A stretch of DNA of 64,000 nucleotides from Escherichia coli (GCF_003334815.1 NZ_QOWO01000018.1), one strand, 5' to 3'. Counted from the stretch's first letter, positions 1 to 12,572 are shown. Program-made: numbers and translations. The notes: generated by a model from the letters alone, not told the origin.

Positions 1-72
1 CAGAAGTGAAACGCCGTAGCGCCGATGGTAGTGTGGGGTCTCCCCATGCGAGAGTAGGGAACTGCCAGGCAT
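1..72 (+). rRNA. rrfH: 5S rRNA, 3' partial (window starts inside the gene)
   Basis: Sequence cagaagtgaaacgccgtagcgccgatggtagtgtggggtctccccatgcgagagtagggaactgccaggcat matches the conserved 3' end of enterobacterial 5S rRNA; symbol inferred from downstream gene order. Confidence 0.85.
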
Positions 73-124
73 CAAATTAAGCAGTAAGCCGGTCATAAAA
101 CCGGTGGTTGTAAAAGAATTCGGT

Positions 125-201
125 GGAGCGGTAGTTCAGTCGGTTAGAATACCTGCCTGTCACGCAGGGGGTCGCGGGTTCGAGTCCCGTCCGTTCCGCC
201 A
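125..201 (+). tRNA. aspU: tRNA-Asp (GUC anticodon)
   Basis: 77-nt ggagcggtagttcagtcggttagaatacctgcctgtcacgcagggggtcgcgggttcgagtcccgtccgttccgcca, identical to the second copy at 8128..8204; follows the 5S rRNA. Confidence 0.95.
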
Positions 202-213
202 CTTATTAAGAAG

Positions 214-241
214 CCTCGAGTTAACGCTCGAGGTTTTTTTT
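214..241 (+). terminator. Rho-independent terminator after tRNA-Asp
   Basis: Hairpin cctcgag-ttaacg-ctcgagg followed by a T-run. Confidence 0.6.
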
Positions 242-363
242 CGTCTGTATATCTATTATTGCCAGAATCGCAAAAATCCTCTGCATTTTACGCTCTTTTT
301 CCTCAACAGTCTGAAGCCCATAATCACCTCAGTTAACGAAAATAGCATTAAAAGAGGCATATT

Positions 364-1167
364 ATGGCTATCCCTGCATTTGGTTTAGGTACTTTCCGTC
401 TGAAAGACGACGTTGTTATTTCATCTGTGATAACGGCGCTTGAACTTGGTTATCGCGCAATTGATACCGCACAAATCTATGATAACGAAGCCGCAGTAGG
501 TCAGGCGATTGCAGAAAGTGGCGTGCCACGTCATGAACTCTACATCACCACTAAAATCTGGATTGAAAATCTCAGCAAAGACAAATTGATCCCAAGTCTG
601 AAAGAGAGCCTGCAAAAATTGCGTACCGATTATGTTGATCTGACGCTAATCCACTGGCCGTCACCAAACGATGAAGTCTCTGTTGAAGAGTTTATGCAGG
701 CGCTGCTGGAAGCCAAAAAACAAGGGCTGACGCGTGAGATCGGTATTTCCAACTTCACGATCCCGTTGATGGAAAAAGCGATTGCTGCTGTTGGTGCTGA
801 AAACATCGCTACTAACCAGATTGAACTCTCTCCTTATCTGCAAAACCGTAAAGTGGTTGCCTGGGCTAAACAGCACGGCATCCATATTACTTCCTATATG
901 ACGCTGGCGTATGGTAAGGCCCTGAAAGATGAGGTTATTGCTCGTATCGCAGCTAAACACAATGCGACTCCGGCACAAGTGATTCTGGCGTGGGCTATGG
1001 GGGAAGGTTACTCAGTAATTCCTTCTTCTACTAAACGTAAAAACCTGGAAAGTAATCTTAAGGCACAAAATTTACAGCTTGATGCCGAAGATAAAAAAGC
1101 GATCGCCGCACTGGATTGCAACGACCGCCTGGTTAGCCCGGAAGGTCTGGCTCCTGAATGGGATTAA
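364..1167 (+). CDS. dkgB: 2,5-diketo-D-gluconate reductase B (aldo-keto reductase)
   Basis: 267-aa ORF with aldo-keto reductase motifs ([15 protein letters not shown]); position after rrn/tRNA-Asp as in E. coli. Confidence 0.85.
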
Positions 1168-2078
1168 GCCTCTCTGACAGCTCCTCCGGGAGCTGTTTTT
1201 ACATGCTCGCTAAGGAAATCGATAAAAGCCCGGATGCGCGTACTTACCGCACGGTCGCTGTAATAGACGGCACTGAATGGCATTTCCACTGGCAACACTT
1301 TATCTGCCATTAACTCCACCAATTCTCCGCGAGCGATTTCTTTGTCGATCATGTAGTCGGACAAACACGCAATCCCGTTGCCACTCAGGCAAAGCTGTTT
1401 CAGTGTTTCCCCACTATTGGATGACAAACCGTACTTCACCTCATGTAATTGTCCATCGCTACGGGCTATCGGCCAGGTATTGAGGGAAGCGGGTTCAGTG
1501 AATCCCAGGCAAATATGTTGCTTTAAATCGTCGATCGTTTCTGGCTTCCCGTAGCGGGAAATATAATCGGGGGAGGCGATAATTTTTCGATAACTGTTAA
1601 ATAACGGCCTGGCACGTAAGCTGGAATCCGTTAACGTACCAGCGCGTATCGCGACATCCACTTTTCTTTCGATCAAATTAATAATCGTTTCGGAGGAGAC
1701 TAGCGACAAAGTGACTTCCGGATAGCGTTCACGGAAAGGCTTAATTAACGGCATCAGAAAGTGCAGCACCACTGGAGTTGCGGCATCGATCCGTAACAGT
1801 CCACGCGGTGTATTACGCGTCTCCATAATTTCTGATTCTGCCGCTGCCATCTCCTGCAAAATTGACTGTACGCGACGAAAATAACGCTCGCCTTCTTCCG
1901 TCAGGCTAAGTTGTCGCGTGGTCCGATTAAGCAGGCTAACGCCAAGTTTCATCTCCAGCTTTTTCACCGCCCGGCTTACCGCTGAGTTTGCTTGCCCTAA
2001 TTGTTCCGCTGCCCGGCTAAAGCTGCCGCTTTCGACGACCGAAACAAAAATGGCGAGTTCTTCCGACGTGGCTTTCAT
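1164..2078 (-). CDS. yafC: LysR-family transcriptional regulator
   Basis: 304-aa ORF with N-terminal HTH ([23 protein letters not shown]) and LysR substrate-binding region. Confidence 0.8.
1178..1200. terminator. Bidirectional hairpin terminator between convergent dkgB and yafC
   Basis: cagctcc-tccg-ggagctg followed by ttttt. Confidence 0.5.
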
Positions 2079-2267
2079 TTTTGCTCCTGTTGCAAAATAG
2101 AAGAGATATTTTGAATTTATTTGTCATTAAACCATCAGGATGCGTGATATGTCATGCGATTTAATGTTCTCCATAATGAGCAAAATTCTGACCGGTGTAA
2201 GCACTTGCTTACATAACAATATACAATTGCTCGTTGAAAGAGTGAGCTAAAATCCCTATAACAGTAG

Positions 2268-3119
<852 letters not shown>

Positions 3120-3122
3120 GGT

Positions 3123-3746
3123 ATGTCAGGTCTGCCACAGGGCAGACCAACGTTTGGCGCTGCGCAAAACGTGAGCGCGGTGGTGGCGTATGACTTATCT
3201 GCCCACATGCTGGATGTCGTGGCACAAGCTGCCGAAGCCCGGCAACTGAAAAATATCACCACCCGCCAGGGATATGCCGAAAGTCTGCCATTTGCCGATA
3301 ACGCATTTGATATTGTTATCAGCCGTTATTCTGCCCATCACTGGCATGATGTTGGTGCAGCACTGCGAGAAGTGAATAGGATATTGAAACCTGGCGGTAG
3401 GCTGATTGTGATGGACGTAATGTCTCCGGGTCACCCAGTGCGCGACATCTGGTTACAGACGGTAGAAGCATTACGCGATACCTCTCACGTACGAAACTAC
3501 GCCAGCGGTGAGTGGTTGACGTTAATCAATGAAGCCAATCTGATAGTTGATAATTTAATTACAGATAAGTTACCGCTGGAATTTTCTTCATGGGTCGCGA
3601 GAATGCGTACGCCAGAAGCGTTAGTAGACGCTATTCGCATTTACCAACAGAGCGCATCGACAGAGGTGAGAACGTATTTTGCCTTGCAGAATGATGGCTT
3701 TTTCACCAGTGATATCATCATGGTAGATGCACATAAAGCGGCATAA
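3123..3746 (+). CDS. yafE: SAM-dependent methyltransferase (type 11-like)
   Basis: 207-aa ORF immediately after yafD; methyltransferase-like motifs (DIVISRYSAHHW, LKPGGRLIVMD). Confidence 0.7.
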   Translation: MSGLPQGRPTFGAAQNVSAVVAYDLSAHMLDVVAQAAEARQLKNITTRQGYAESLPFADNAFDIVISRYSAHHWHDVGAALREVNRILKPGGRLIVMDVMSPGHPVRDIWLQTVEALRDTSHVRNYASGEWLTLINEANLIVDNLITDKLPLEFSSWVARMRTPEALVDAIRIYQQSASTEVRTYFALQNDGFFTSDIIMVDAHKAA

Positions 3747-3749
3747 ATA

Positions 3750-3783
3750 AAAAAGGCACCGGGGGAATCGGTGCCTTTTTATT
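3750..3783. terminator. Bidirectional terminator between yafE and mltD
   Basis: aaaaaggcaccg-ggggaat-cggtgccttttt palindrome with flanking A/T runs. Confidence 0.65.
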
Positions 3784-3793
3784 ATCTGGTTTG

Positions 3794-5152
3794 TCAGGAA
3801 TCTGGCATGTTGTTGTTTTTCACAAACAACGTCAGCTTATCGCCTGGTTGCAGATTCGCAGTGTCGCTGTTCCAGCGCATCACATCTTTGATGTTCACGC
3901 CGTGGCGTTTAGCAATGCTTGAAAGCGAATCGCCTTTGCGCACACGATACGTAATGCTATCGCTGTTGTTTGCCAGTCGCTGTGCGCTACTGCCTGCACC
4001 AATCGTCAAACTTTGGCCTGGCTTCAGCTTAGATCCGCGCAGTTTGTTCCACTGCTGCAAATCTTTGGTGCTTACGCCGAGACGTGAAGCGATACTTGAA
4101 AGCGTGTCGCCAGAGCGTACGGTGTAAACACGGCTGTTAAGCGGCGTATTGTCGGCAACCAGCGTCGACTGTACAGCAGCAATTTCGCCTGAAGCCAGAG
4201 ATTCACGCAGTTGATCTGCATGCTTCTTTGGCACCATCACGTACTGCGGGCCACTTGCGCCCAGCGTGGAGCCTTTTACGCCAGCGTTGAATGTCTTCAG
4301 CTTGCTGACGGAAATCCCCGCCATATCTGCTACCTTCGCCATTTCAACCGGGCTGCTCAGGTGCACACGCGCCAGAGCACGGCTTTCATCGGTCGTTGGC
4401 AGACGTACGCCATAACGCTTGCTGTTTTTGAGAATATCACTCAATGCCAGCATTTTAGGCACGTACTGCTTCGTTTCCTGCGGCAACGGTAACGACCAGA
4501 AGTCCGTGGATTTCCCACGCGCTTTGTTCGTTTTAATTGCCTTCATGACCCGACCTTCGCCGCTGTTATAAGCCGCTACGGTCAGAAGCCAGTCGCCGTC
4601 AAACATTTTGTTCAGACGCTGCATCATATTCAGCGCGGCAGTTGTTGAAGCAACAACATCGCGACGCGCGTCATAATTGCGGGTCTGTTTCAAACCATAA
4701 TTGCGCCCCGTGCTCGGAATGATCTGCCAGATGCCTGCGGCATTGGCGCCAGACGTTGCGTGAGGATCAAAAGCGCTCTCCACTATGGGTAGTAGTACCA
4801 GTTCCATAGGCATGTTACGTTTTTTAACTTGCCCTGCTATCCAGTACATATACGGCTCTGCCCGTAAAGTTACATCGTGGAGATAGCTCTTATTGCGTAA
4901 ATATTTCTGTTTCTGTTCGCGAATCCGGTCATTTTCCGGAATTCCCATCTTTAGCTCGTCGCCAATGAAAGCCCACAAGTCACCATCTGGCGCGATAGAC
5001 GTCCCATCGTCCATCCATCGTGCCTGACTTGTAAACTTTGCTGCTTCCCCTTGACCAGCTGCAGAAAGGCTCTGTGCGTGCTGTTGAACGTTGCCGGTAC
5101 TCTGGCAACCCACGAGCAGGACAGAGGCGAGTAATATCGCTTTTGCCTTCAT
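3794..5152 (-). CDS. mltD: Membrane-bound lytic murein transglycosylase D (LysM-containing lipoprotein)
   Basis: 452-aa ORF; lipoprotein signal (LLVGC), transglycosylase SLT core, C-terminal LysM repeats (YTVRSGDTLSSIA, YRVRKGDSLSSIA). Confidence 0.9.
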   Translation of the reverse strand: MKAKAILLASVLLVGCQSTGNVQQHAQSLSAAGQGEAAKFTSQARWMDDGTSIAPDGDLWAFIGDELKMGIPENDRIREQKQKYLRNKSYLHDVTLRAEPYMYWIAGQVKKRNMPMELVLLPIVESAFDPHATSGANAAGIWQIIPSTGRNYGLKQTRNYDARRDVVASTTAALNMMQRLNKMFDGDWLLTVAAYNSGEGRVMKAIKTNKARGKSTDFWSLPLPQETKQYVPKMLALSDILKNSKRYGVRLPTTDESRALARVHLSSPVEMAKVADMAGISVSKLKTFNAGVKGSTLGASGPQYVMVPKKHADQLRESLASGEIAAVQSTLVADNTPLNSRVYTVRSGDTLSSIASRLGVSTKDLQQWNKLRGSKLKPGQSLTIGAGSSAQRLANNSDSITYRVRKGDSLSSIAKRHGVNIKDVMRWNSDTANLQPGDKLTLFVKNNNMPDS

Positions 5153-5223
5153 GTGTGTGTCAATAGTTGCTTAAAAGACGACCGATCATAACGGCGAACG
5201 GAGCCGATGACAAGAAAGTTTTA

Positions 5224-5982
<759 letters not shown>

Positions 5983-6012
5983 TTACCTCTCAGTGTGAAA
6001 CGGAAGGTTGTG

Positions 6013-6735
6013 ATGAAACCGGCAAGAGTCCCTCAAACTGTCGTGGCTCCTGATTGCTGGGGCGATTTGCCCTGGGGAAAGCTTTATCGCAAGGCGCTGG
6101 AGCGCCAGCTCAACCCGTGGTTCACTAAAATGTATGGTTCTCATCTGCTTAAGATTGGCAATTTAAGCGCAGAAATCAATTGCGAAGCGTGCGCGGTTTC
6201 TCATCAAGTGAATGTTTCTGCGCAAGGAATGCCCGTCCAGGTACAGGCGGACCCACTTCATCTTCCTTTTGCCGATAAATCCGTTGATGTTTGTCTACTG
6301 GCACATACATTGCCGTGGTGCACCGATCCGCATCGTTTATTGCGTGAAGCCGATCGGGTATTGATTGATGATGGCTGGCTGGTCATTAGTGGCTTCAATC
6401 CCATCAGTTTTATGGGATTACGCAAACTTGTGCCGGTATTGCGCAAAACCTCGCCCTATAACAGCCGGATGTTTACTCTGATGCGGCAGCTGGACTGGCT
6501 CTCTTTGTTGAATTTTGAAGTGCTACACGCCAGCCGTTTCCACGTTCTCCCGTGGAACAAACACGGAGGAAAACTATTGAATGCGCATATTCCTGCGCTT
6601 GGTTGCTTACAACTTATTGTTGCCCGGAAACGGACTATTCCTTTAACGCTAAATCCGATGAAACAGAGTAAAAACAAGCCACGAATTCGCCAGGCGGTTG
6701 GAGCCACCCGGCAATGTCGTAAACCACAGGCTTAA
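6013..6735 (+). CDS. yafS: Putative SAM-dependent methyltransferase
   Basis: ORF 5995..6735; ATG at 6013 chosen as start; conserved position between gloB and rnhA. Confidence 0.7.
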
Positions 6736-7199
6736 ACTTCAACTTGGTAGCCTGTATCTTCCAGTGTGGGATTCATCGCCGCGGCACGAGCCAGTTCATC
6801 ACAGCGTTCGTTTTCCGGGTGTCCGGCATGGCCTTTAACCCATTCCCATTTGATTTGATGCTGCCCCAATGCAGCATCAAGACGTTGCCAGAGATCGACA
6901 TTTTTTACTGGTTTTTTGTCTGCGGTTTTCCAGCCACGTTTTTTCCAGTTATGGATCCACTGGGTGATACCCTGGCGGACATACTGGCTGTCGGTACTCA
7001 AAATGACTTCGCAATGTTCTTTTAACGCCTCCAGCGCGACAATAGCGGCCATCAACTCCATACGGTTGTTGGTGGTGCGGGTGTAGCCAGCGCTAAAGGT
7101 TTTCTCGCGTCCGCGATAGCGTAAAATAGCGCCGTAACCCCCAGGTCCTGGATTGCCCAGACACGAACCATCGGTGAAAATTTCTACCTGTTTAAGCAT
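6732..7199 (-). CDS. rnhA: Ribonuclease HI
   Basis: 155-aa product [26 protein letters not shown]... with RNase H catalytic residues; the ORF track's longer N-terminus rejected in favour of the ATG at 7199. Confidence 0.9.
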
Positions 7200-7263
7200 C
7201 TCTGGTAGACTTCCTGTAATTGAATCGAACTGTAAAACGACAAGTCTGACATAAATGACCGCT

Positions 7264-7995
7264 ATGAGCACTGCAATTACACGCCAGATCGTTCTCGATA
7301 CCGAAACCACCGGTATGAACCAGATTGGTGCGCACTATGAAGGCCACAAGATCATTGAGATTGGTGCCGTTGAAGTGGTGAACCGTCGCCTGACGGGCAA
7401 TAACTTCCATGTTTATCTCAAACCCGATCGGCTGGTGGATCCGGAAGCCTTTGGCGTACATGGTATTGCCGATGAATTTTTGCTCGATAAGCCCACGTTT
7501 GCCGAAGTAGCCGATGAGTTCATGGACTATATTCGCGGCGCGGAGTTGGTGATCCATAACGCAGCGTTCGATATCGGCTTTATGGACTACGAGTTTTCGT
7601 TGCTTAAGCGCGATATTCCGAAGACCAATACTTTCTGTAAGGTCACCGATAGCCTTGCGGTGGCGAGGAAAATGTTTCCCGGTAAGCGCAACAGCCTCGA
7701 TGCGTTATGTGCTCGCTACGAAATAGATAACAGTAAACGAACGCTGCACGGGGCATTACTCGATGCCCAGATCCTTGCGGAAGTTTATCTGGCGATGACC
7801 GGTGGTCAAACGTCGATGGCTTTTGCGATGGAAGGAGAGACACAACAGCAACAAGGTGAAGCAACAATTCAGCGCATTGTACGTCAGGCAAGTAAGTTAC
7901 GCGTTGTTTTTGCGACAGATGAAGAGATTGCAGCTCATGAAGCCCGTCTCGATCTGGTGCAGAAGAAAGGCGGAAGTTGCCTCTGGCGAGCATAA
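7264..7995 (+). CDS. dnaQ: DNA polymerase III epsilon subunit (3'-5' proofreading exonuclease)
   Basis: [19 protein letters not shown]... DEDD exonuclease motifs; divergent from rnhA as in enterobacteria. Confidence 0.9.
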
Positions 7996-8070
7996 ATACC
8001 TGTGAAAGGCGCTAAAAATAGCGACTTGGGCGATTTTTGCAGCAAACGATTCAAAAGATGAGAAAAACCG

Positions 8071-8099
8071 TTGACGAAGGTCGAGGCAATCCGTAATAT
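8071..8099 (+). promoter_or_regulatory. Sigma-70-type promoter for aspV
   Basis: TTGACG, 17-bp spacer, TAATAT, about 30 bp upstream of the tRNA 5' end. Confidence 0.5.
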
Positions 8100-8127
8100 T
8101 CGCCTCGTTCCCAACGGAACACAACGC

Positions 8128-8204
8128 GGAGCGGTAGTTCAGTCGGTTAGAATACCTGCCTGTCACGCAGGGGGTCGCGGGTTCGAGTCCCGTCCGTTCC
8201 GCCA
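8128..8204 (+). tRNA. aspV: tRNA-Asp (GUC anticodon)
   Basis: Identical 77-nt tRNA-Asp sequence ending in CCA; tRNA genes are common island integration sites. Confidence 0.95.
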
Positions 8205-8234
8205 CTATTCACTCATGAAAATGAGTTCAGAGAG

Positions 8235-8265
8235 CCGCAAGATTTTTAATTTTGCGGTTTTTTTG
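8235..8265 (+). terminator. Rho-independent terminator after aspV
   Basis: ccgcaa-gatttttaattt-ttgcgg followed by a T7 run. Confidence 0.6.
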
Positions 8266-8531
8266 TATTTGAATTCCACCATTTCTCTGTTCAATGATTT
8301 TACTCTGGCGTAGGTGCGTGATTCTCGCTTGTTGTCTCATTCATTAAAATTCAATAATGATATCGAACCATTCAGCTTAAATATATTTCTAGAGAATAAA
8401 TTTATATTGATTAAATGAATGTATATTTCAAATTGATTTTGTTTGTTATTATTTAAGTGAGGTATATAATTAGAGTCCGTTATCAATGCTAAATATTCTA
8501 ATCATTATGACAGGCGAGGGAGTGTCCAATT

Positions 8532-9317
8532 ATGAATTCAAAAAAGCTTTGTTGCATATGTGTGTTATTCTCGCTGCTTGCAGGATGTGCCTCTGAATCT
8601 TCTATTGATGAAAAGAAGAAAAAAGCTCAAGTCACACAAAGTAATATTAATAAAAACACTCCCCAGCAACTGACAGACAAAGATTTATTCGGTAATGAAA
8701 CCACTCTGGCCGTATCCGAAGAGGATATTCAAGCTGCGCTTGATGGAGATGAGTTCCGCGTTCCCCTTAATTCTCCTGTAATACTTGTTCAATCCGGCAA
8801 CCGCGCACCGGAAACCATTATGCAGGAGGAGATGCGAAAATATTATACTGTTTCCACATTCTCTGGTATCCCGGACAGGCAAAAGCCTCTGACTTGTAAC
8901 AAAAACAAAGATAAAAATGAGAACGAGGATGTTGCCAGTGCTGAGAATATGAACTGGATGCAGGCACTGCGTTTTGTGGCTGCAAAAGGACATCAGAAAG
9001 CGATTATTGTTTACCAGGATATGTTGCAGACAGGAAAATATGACTCTGCGCTGAAATCAACAGTATGGTCCGACTATAAAAATGACAAACTCACTGACGC
9101 TATCTCCCTGCGCTACCTGGTACGTTTCACGCTGGTGGATGTGGCAACAGGTGAGTGGGCTACCTGGTCGCCGGTGAATTATGAATATAAAGTGCTTCCA
9201 CCATTGCCCGACAAGAATGAAGCCAGTACGACTGATATGACAGAGCAGCAAATCATGCAACTTAAGCAAAAGACCTATAAAGCGATGGTAAAAGATTTGG
9301 TTAACCGCTATCAATAA
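8532..9317 (+). CDS. yafT: Putative lipoprotein
   Basis: 261-aa ORF with lipoprotein signal peptide and lipobox (SLLAGC); AT-rich context downstream of aspV. Confidence 0.75.
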
Positions 9318-9453
9318 TAAATTATATCTGCCGCCAGGAATTTCTGGCGGCAATAATACAAAATTCTTTGCATAAGAAATTTTTCTTGACAAAGACAGTG
9401 CAAGAAAGGACATGGAATCCGGAGTTAAAAACTGTTTGTTTTAGAATATTTAA

Positions 9454-9933
9454 TTATTTAACTGCTGAATCTTCCTTGCGAGAAATATATCCATTATTAC
9501 ATTTCATGCCATTTTTAATATAGATTGCTCCTGGGAAAATTCCCGTATTATTACCGCAGGGGTGATAATTAGTATTGACATATCCTGTGACAAAAGGAGC
9601 TATTAAAGGTGCTATTACGATAGCTATTAGTAAAAATATAAGAGTTAGCTGTATTGTTATGTCTGTGGCGAAATTGACTACCTTCGTTTTTTTGATTAAG
9701 AATGATTTTATTATCGTAAGTAAAATTACATGAATATTTAAAAAGGAAAACGACATGAAACCGAAGCACAGAATCAACATTCTCCAATCATAAAATATTT
9801 CCGTGGAGCATTTTATTATTGAATATAGAGGTTTAACTCCGGTAAAAAACAAAGAAGCATTGAATGCAGGGAAAAATAATATGGCCATAAAAAACATCGA
9901 AAGAAACTCTTTTAATTTAACATGTAAACGCAT
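9454..9933 (-). CDS. ykfM: Small multi-pass membrane protein (candidate immunity protein)
   Basis: 159-aa very hydrophobic low-GC ORF; RBS GAGGA upstream; immediately downstream of the yafU-like gene. Confidence 0.65.
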   Translation of the reverse strand: MRLHVKLKEFLSMFFMAILFFPAFNASLFFTGVKPLYSIIKCSTEIFYDWRMLILCFGFMSFSFLNIHVILLTIIKSFLIKKTKVVNFATDITIQLTLIFLLIAIVIAPLIAPFVTGYVNTNYHPCGNNTGIFPGAIYIKNGMKCNNGYISRKEDSAVK

Positions 9934-9942
9934 GGTTAATCC

Positions 9943-10857
9943 TCATATCACGGGTGGAGTGTTAAGAACATACATAAATGGAGTCATGTTTTCCCTTTTC
10001 CATTTATCAAGTTCCTGTTGCCGTTTTAGTCCATCTCTAATTGCATATTTTAATTTTTCTGATAAATGGCATTGAGCATCGATTTCATTTAAAACAACTG
10101 TACACACTATCCCTGTCAGTAAAATTGCTCCTCCGACAAGAATTACTGGAAAGCCAAAGCTAACACAGGCAAAAGAAGCCAGACTTCCAATAGCGGTTGC
10201 AACACCACCGGCTATAACTGCTTTGGCCACATCCATTGAAAAATCGCCAAGAAAATTAACCAGATCTCGCTCTGAACTCATAATAAATTCTATGGTTCTC
10301 CAGGCTACTGAAAACCAGATACAGAACTTAACTCCTTTTATTGATTCAGATAAAGCTCCTCGCCAGCCAATAGCGAGTTCCAGAACTTGAGGCGCTCGTG
10401 AAGAGAAAATATATTTACCGAGCTTTTCTAAAAGCCAGGGGCTGGATGTTGTGATTTTTATATATTTCTCTCCAAGTATTTCAAAGTAACTTGCTTTTGT
10501 ATACTTTAAGGCATTAAGGTTAAATATAATTTTCCCATTGTCATCAAACTCAGTCATTAATTTACCCGCGTTAACTAACCAGGCGAGTGTATCTTTTATA
10601 CCTGAAGGATGTGTAGTGATAAAATGAATGTAATCAAATGATGTTATTGGGCTGAGTATTTTTTTTGCAACATCAAGTGTCAAGGGAATAACATGATGAG
10701 TGTTCTGATGCCTTAACTCATCAATGAGTGGGACGTCGTTAAGATAAGGGTGCTGAGGTACTAGCTGGTTTATCGGCTGAGCCCCCCGAAGAATGTCACC
10801 CACATAATCAGCCCACTGTGCATTCTGTGTGTTGTTGTTATTCCTTAAACCAGCCAT
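9943..10857 (-). CDS. yafU-like membrane protein with C-terminal transmembrane region (candidate Hcp-associated effector)
   Basis: ORF 9943..10872; ATG at 10857 preceded by GGAGAG RBS; C-terminal hydrophobic stretch VAKAVIAGGVATAIGSLASFACVSFGFPVILVGGAILLTGIVCTVVL; sits 43 bp downstream of hcp. Confidence 0.55.
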   Translation of the reverse strand: MAGLRNNNNTQNAQWADYVGDILRGAQPINQLVPQHPYLNDVPLIDELRHQNTHHVIPLTLDVAKKILSPITSFDYIHFITTHPSGIKDTLAWLVNAGKLMTEFDDNGKIIFNLNALKYTKASYFEILGEKYIKITTSSPWLLEKLGKYIFSSRAPQVLELAIGWRGALSESIKGVKFCIWFSVAWRTIEFIMSSERDLVNFLGDFSMDVAKAVIAGGVATAIGSLASFACVSFGFPVILVGGAILLTGIVCTVVLNEIDAQCHLSEKLKYAIRDGLKRQQELDKWKRENMTPFMYVLNTPPVI

Positions 10858-10900
10858 TTTATCTCTCCGCAATAGTAATTTATTATGTTATTACAGTAAG

Positions 10901-11383
10901 TTACTGTACACGATCCTGCCATTTACTCATTGCATTCGTACCGGCTAACGTATGCTCCCAGGAAATATCTTCATAAATAAAGGCAATTCTCTCCTGTGGT
11001 TCCAGTTCTTTTTCCAGGACAGCATGCGGTGTGACAAAATCAATACTTGATATTCGGGCTTTTGACAGATTTATTTTATAATAAGGCTGGTAAATACCCG
11101 CTTTACTGGTTCGGTAGAGTATAAATTCACATATTGCCATTTTTTCATTGTCACTAAGTGCTTTTGCCAGCAATGGTGAGGATTTATCAACCGGTTTGGT
11201 GATAATTAATTCATGATGATTGACATTTTGACTTCTTGAGATGGAATGCATTAACGCATAAACCATGATCTGATCTTTATGTTCTGGCTGCGCTTTGTTT
11301 CCGACAGAATCAAGCGTTGAGCAACCTGCTGAAATTAGCCCTTGTGTCTCTCCACTCAAAGATAAATAACTTATATTTGCCAT
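10901..11383 (-). CDS. hcp: Type VI secretion system tube protein Hcp
   Basis: 160-aa ORF with Hcp-family features (KPVDKSSPLL, C-terminal ...IYEDISWEH...); strong AGGAG RBS. Confidence 0.8.
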   Translation of the reverse strand: MANISYLSLSGETQGLISAGCSTLDSVGNKAQPEHKDQIMVYALMHSISRSQNVNHHELIITKPVDKSSPLLAKALSDNEKMAICEFILYRTSKAGIYQPYYKINLSKARISSIDFVTPHAVLEKELEPQERIAFIYEDISWEHTLAGTNAMSKWQDRVQ

Positions 11384-11406
11384 GATAATCTCCTTTAATT
11401 AAATAA

Positions 11407-12009
11407 TTATTTTTCGGCCGTGGTACCGGTTGCCGCCTCTGGCATGACGTTATTCTTCAGCAGCAGCCAGCGGCTTAACACGCCTTCGAGTCGCTCATTA
11501 ATTTGTTTTTCCAGCGCATCTGTATTCTGCTTCTGCGCACGGGCATCATGGTACTGCGTCAACAGAGACTCAACGGGTGTTTCCTGCCCCAGTCCCCGCT
11601 CCGCCTGCCAGATGACATTTTTGATATAGGAAAGGGTTAGTCCCTCTTTCTCGCGCTGCATCACTAGATCTGCAAAAGCATGTAAGTCCTGGCGGGTCTG
11701 CAACCAGCCACGCAACTGCGGGCTACTCTGTGCGCGGGTTTTGAGTGCCTCATTCCATTGTGTCGAGGCCTGTTGCTGTTGCAGGCTTTCCGGCCAGCGA
11801 CTGTCGGCAACACGCATCATCTGCATCCCGGTTTCCAGCGGCTGTACCGGGGAGGTATCAAGAAGTTGTTGCAGCCTGCGCTCATAGTTTTCGAGTTCAG
11901 GTGAGGCCATCCACACCGTTGCTGCGCCCTGAGCGGTGTCGTTAACCTGTAACAGTTGCTGCTGCACCGGATAGACCTGCCACCACCACAATGCTGAGGC
12001 GACAGCCAC
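11407..12009 (-). pseudogene. T6SS-associated membrane-anchored protein, probable fragment (family unassigned)
   Basis: In-frame translation opens right after the tssB stop with a hydrophobic helix (GFIAGIACSVAVASALWWW) but no ATG; only a GTG at 12009; Gln-rich soluble domain; no tssC follows tssB. Confidence 0.4.
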
Positions 12010-12071
12010 TGAACAGGCGATCCCTGCGATAAACCCTCTTACCGTAACCCTGTTTAATGAAATAGTGGTGG

Positions 12072-12572
12072 TTATTTATTGCTCACCTGGCCGATTTCTT
12101 TGAGCAACTGCTCGCGGGACTCTTCATTTTCCAGCAATGCCTGGAGCTGGGTACGGAATGCCGGAAGGTTACCCATCGGCCCCTTCAGTGCAGTCAGTGC
12201 TTCACGCAGTTCCAGCAATTTATTCACTTCCGGAACCTGCCGGGCCACGCTATCTGGTGAAAAATCATCCAGTGACTTGATATTCAGCGCCACATTCAGC
12301 TCATCGTCCGTTGTGCTTCCCTTCAGCGTGGCGGGGACGGTAAAATTGAGGCCAATGGCTGCTTCAGCCATCACTGCACCGAAATTGTGCTTGTTAACGG
12401 AAACTGCCTGACGTTCATCCAGTGAGGATGTTTCCTGCGTATTTCCGGTATCGCCGACAACGAGCATGTTAAGCGGAAGTTCCACTTCAGCCGTCTGGCC
12501 ATCTGTTTTTGGGACATACGATATATTAATACGTTCGCGAGGCGCGACGCTGCCTTCAAATTTTTTGCTCAT
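12072..12572 (-). CDS. tssB: Type VI secretion system contractile sheath small subunit TssB (VipA family), orphan
   Basis: 166-aa ORF with TssB-like N-terminus (MSKKFEGSVAPRERINISYVP...ELPLNMLVVGD); not followed by a tssC gene. Confidence 0.75.
   Translation of the reverse strand: MSKKFEGSVAPRERINISYVPKTDGQTAEVELPLNMLVVGDTGNTQETSSLDERQAVSVNKHNFGAVMAEAAIGLNFTVPATLKGSTTDDELNVALNIKSLDDFSPDSVARQVPEVNKLLELREALTALKGPMGNLPAFRTQLQALLENEESREQLLKEIGQVSNK

Noticed and set aside
104-388. 94-aa ORF spanning tRNA-Asp (aspU); the ORF at 8071..8313 likewise spans aspV
   Set aside because: They overlap bona fide tRNA genes and their terminators; the translations merely read through tRNA sequence.
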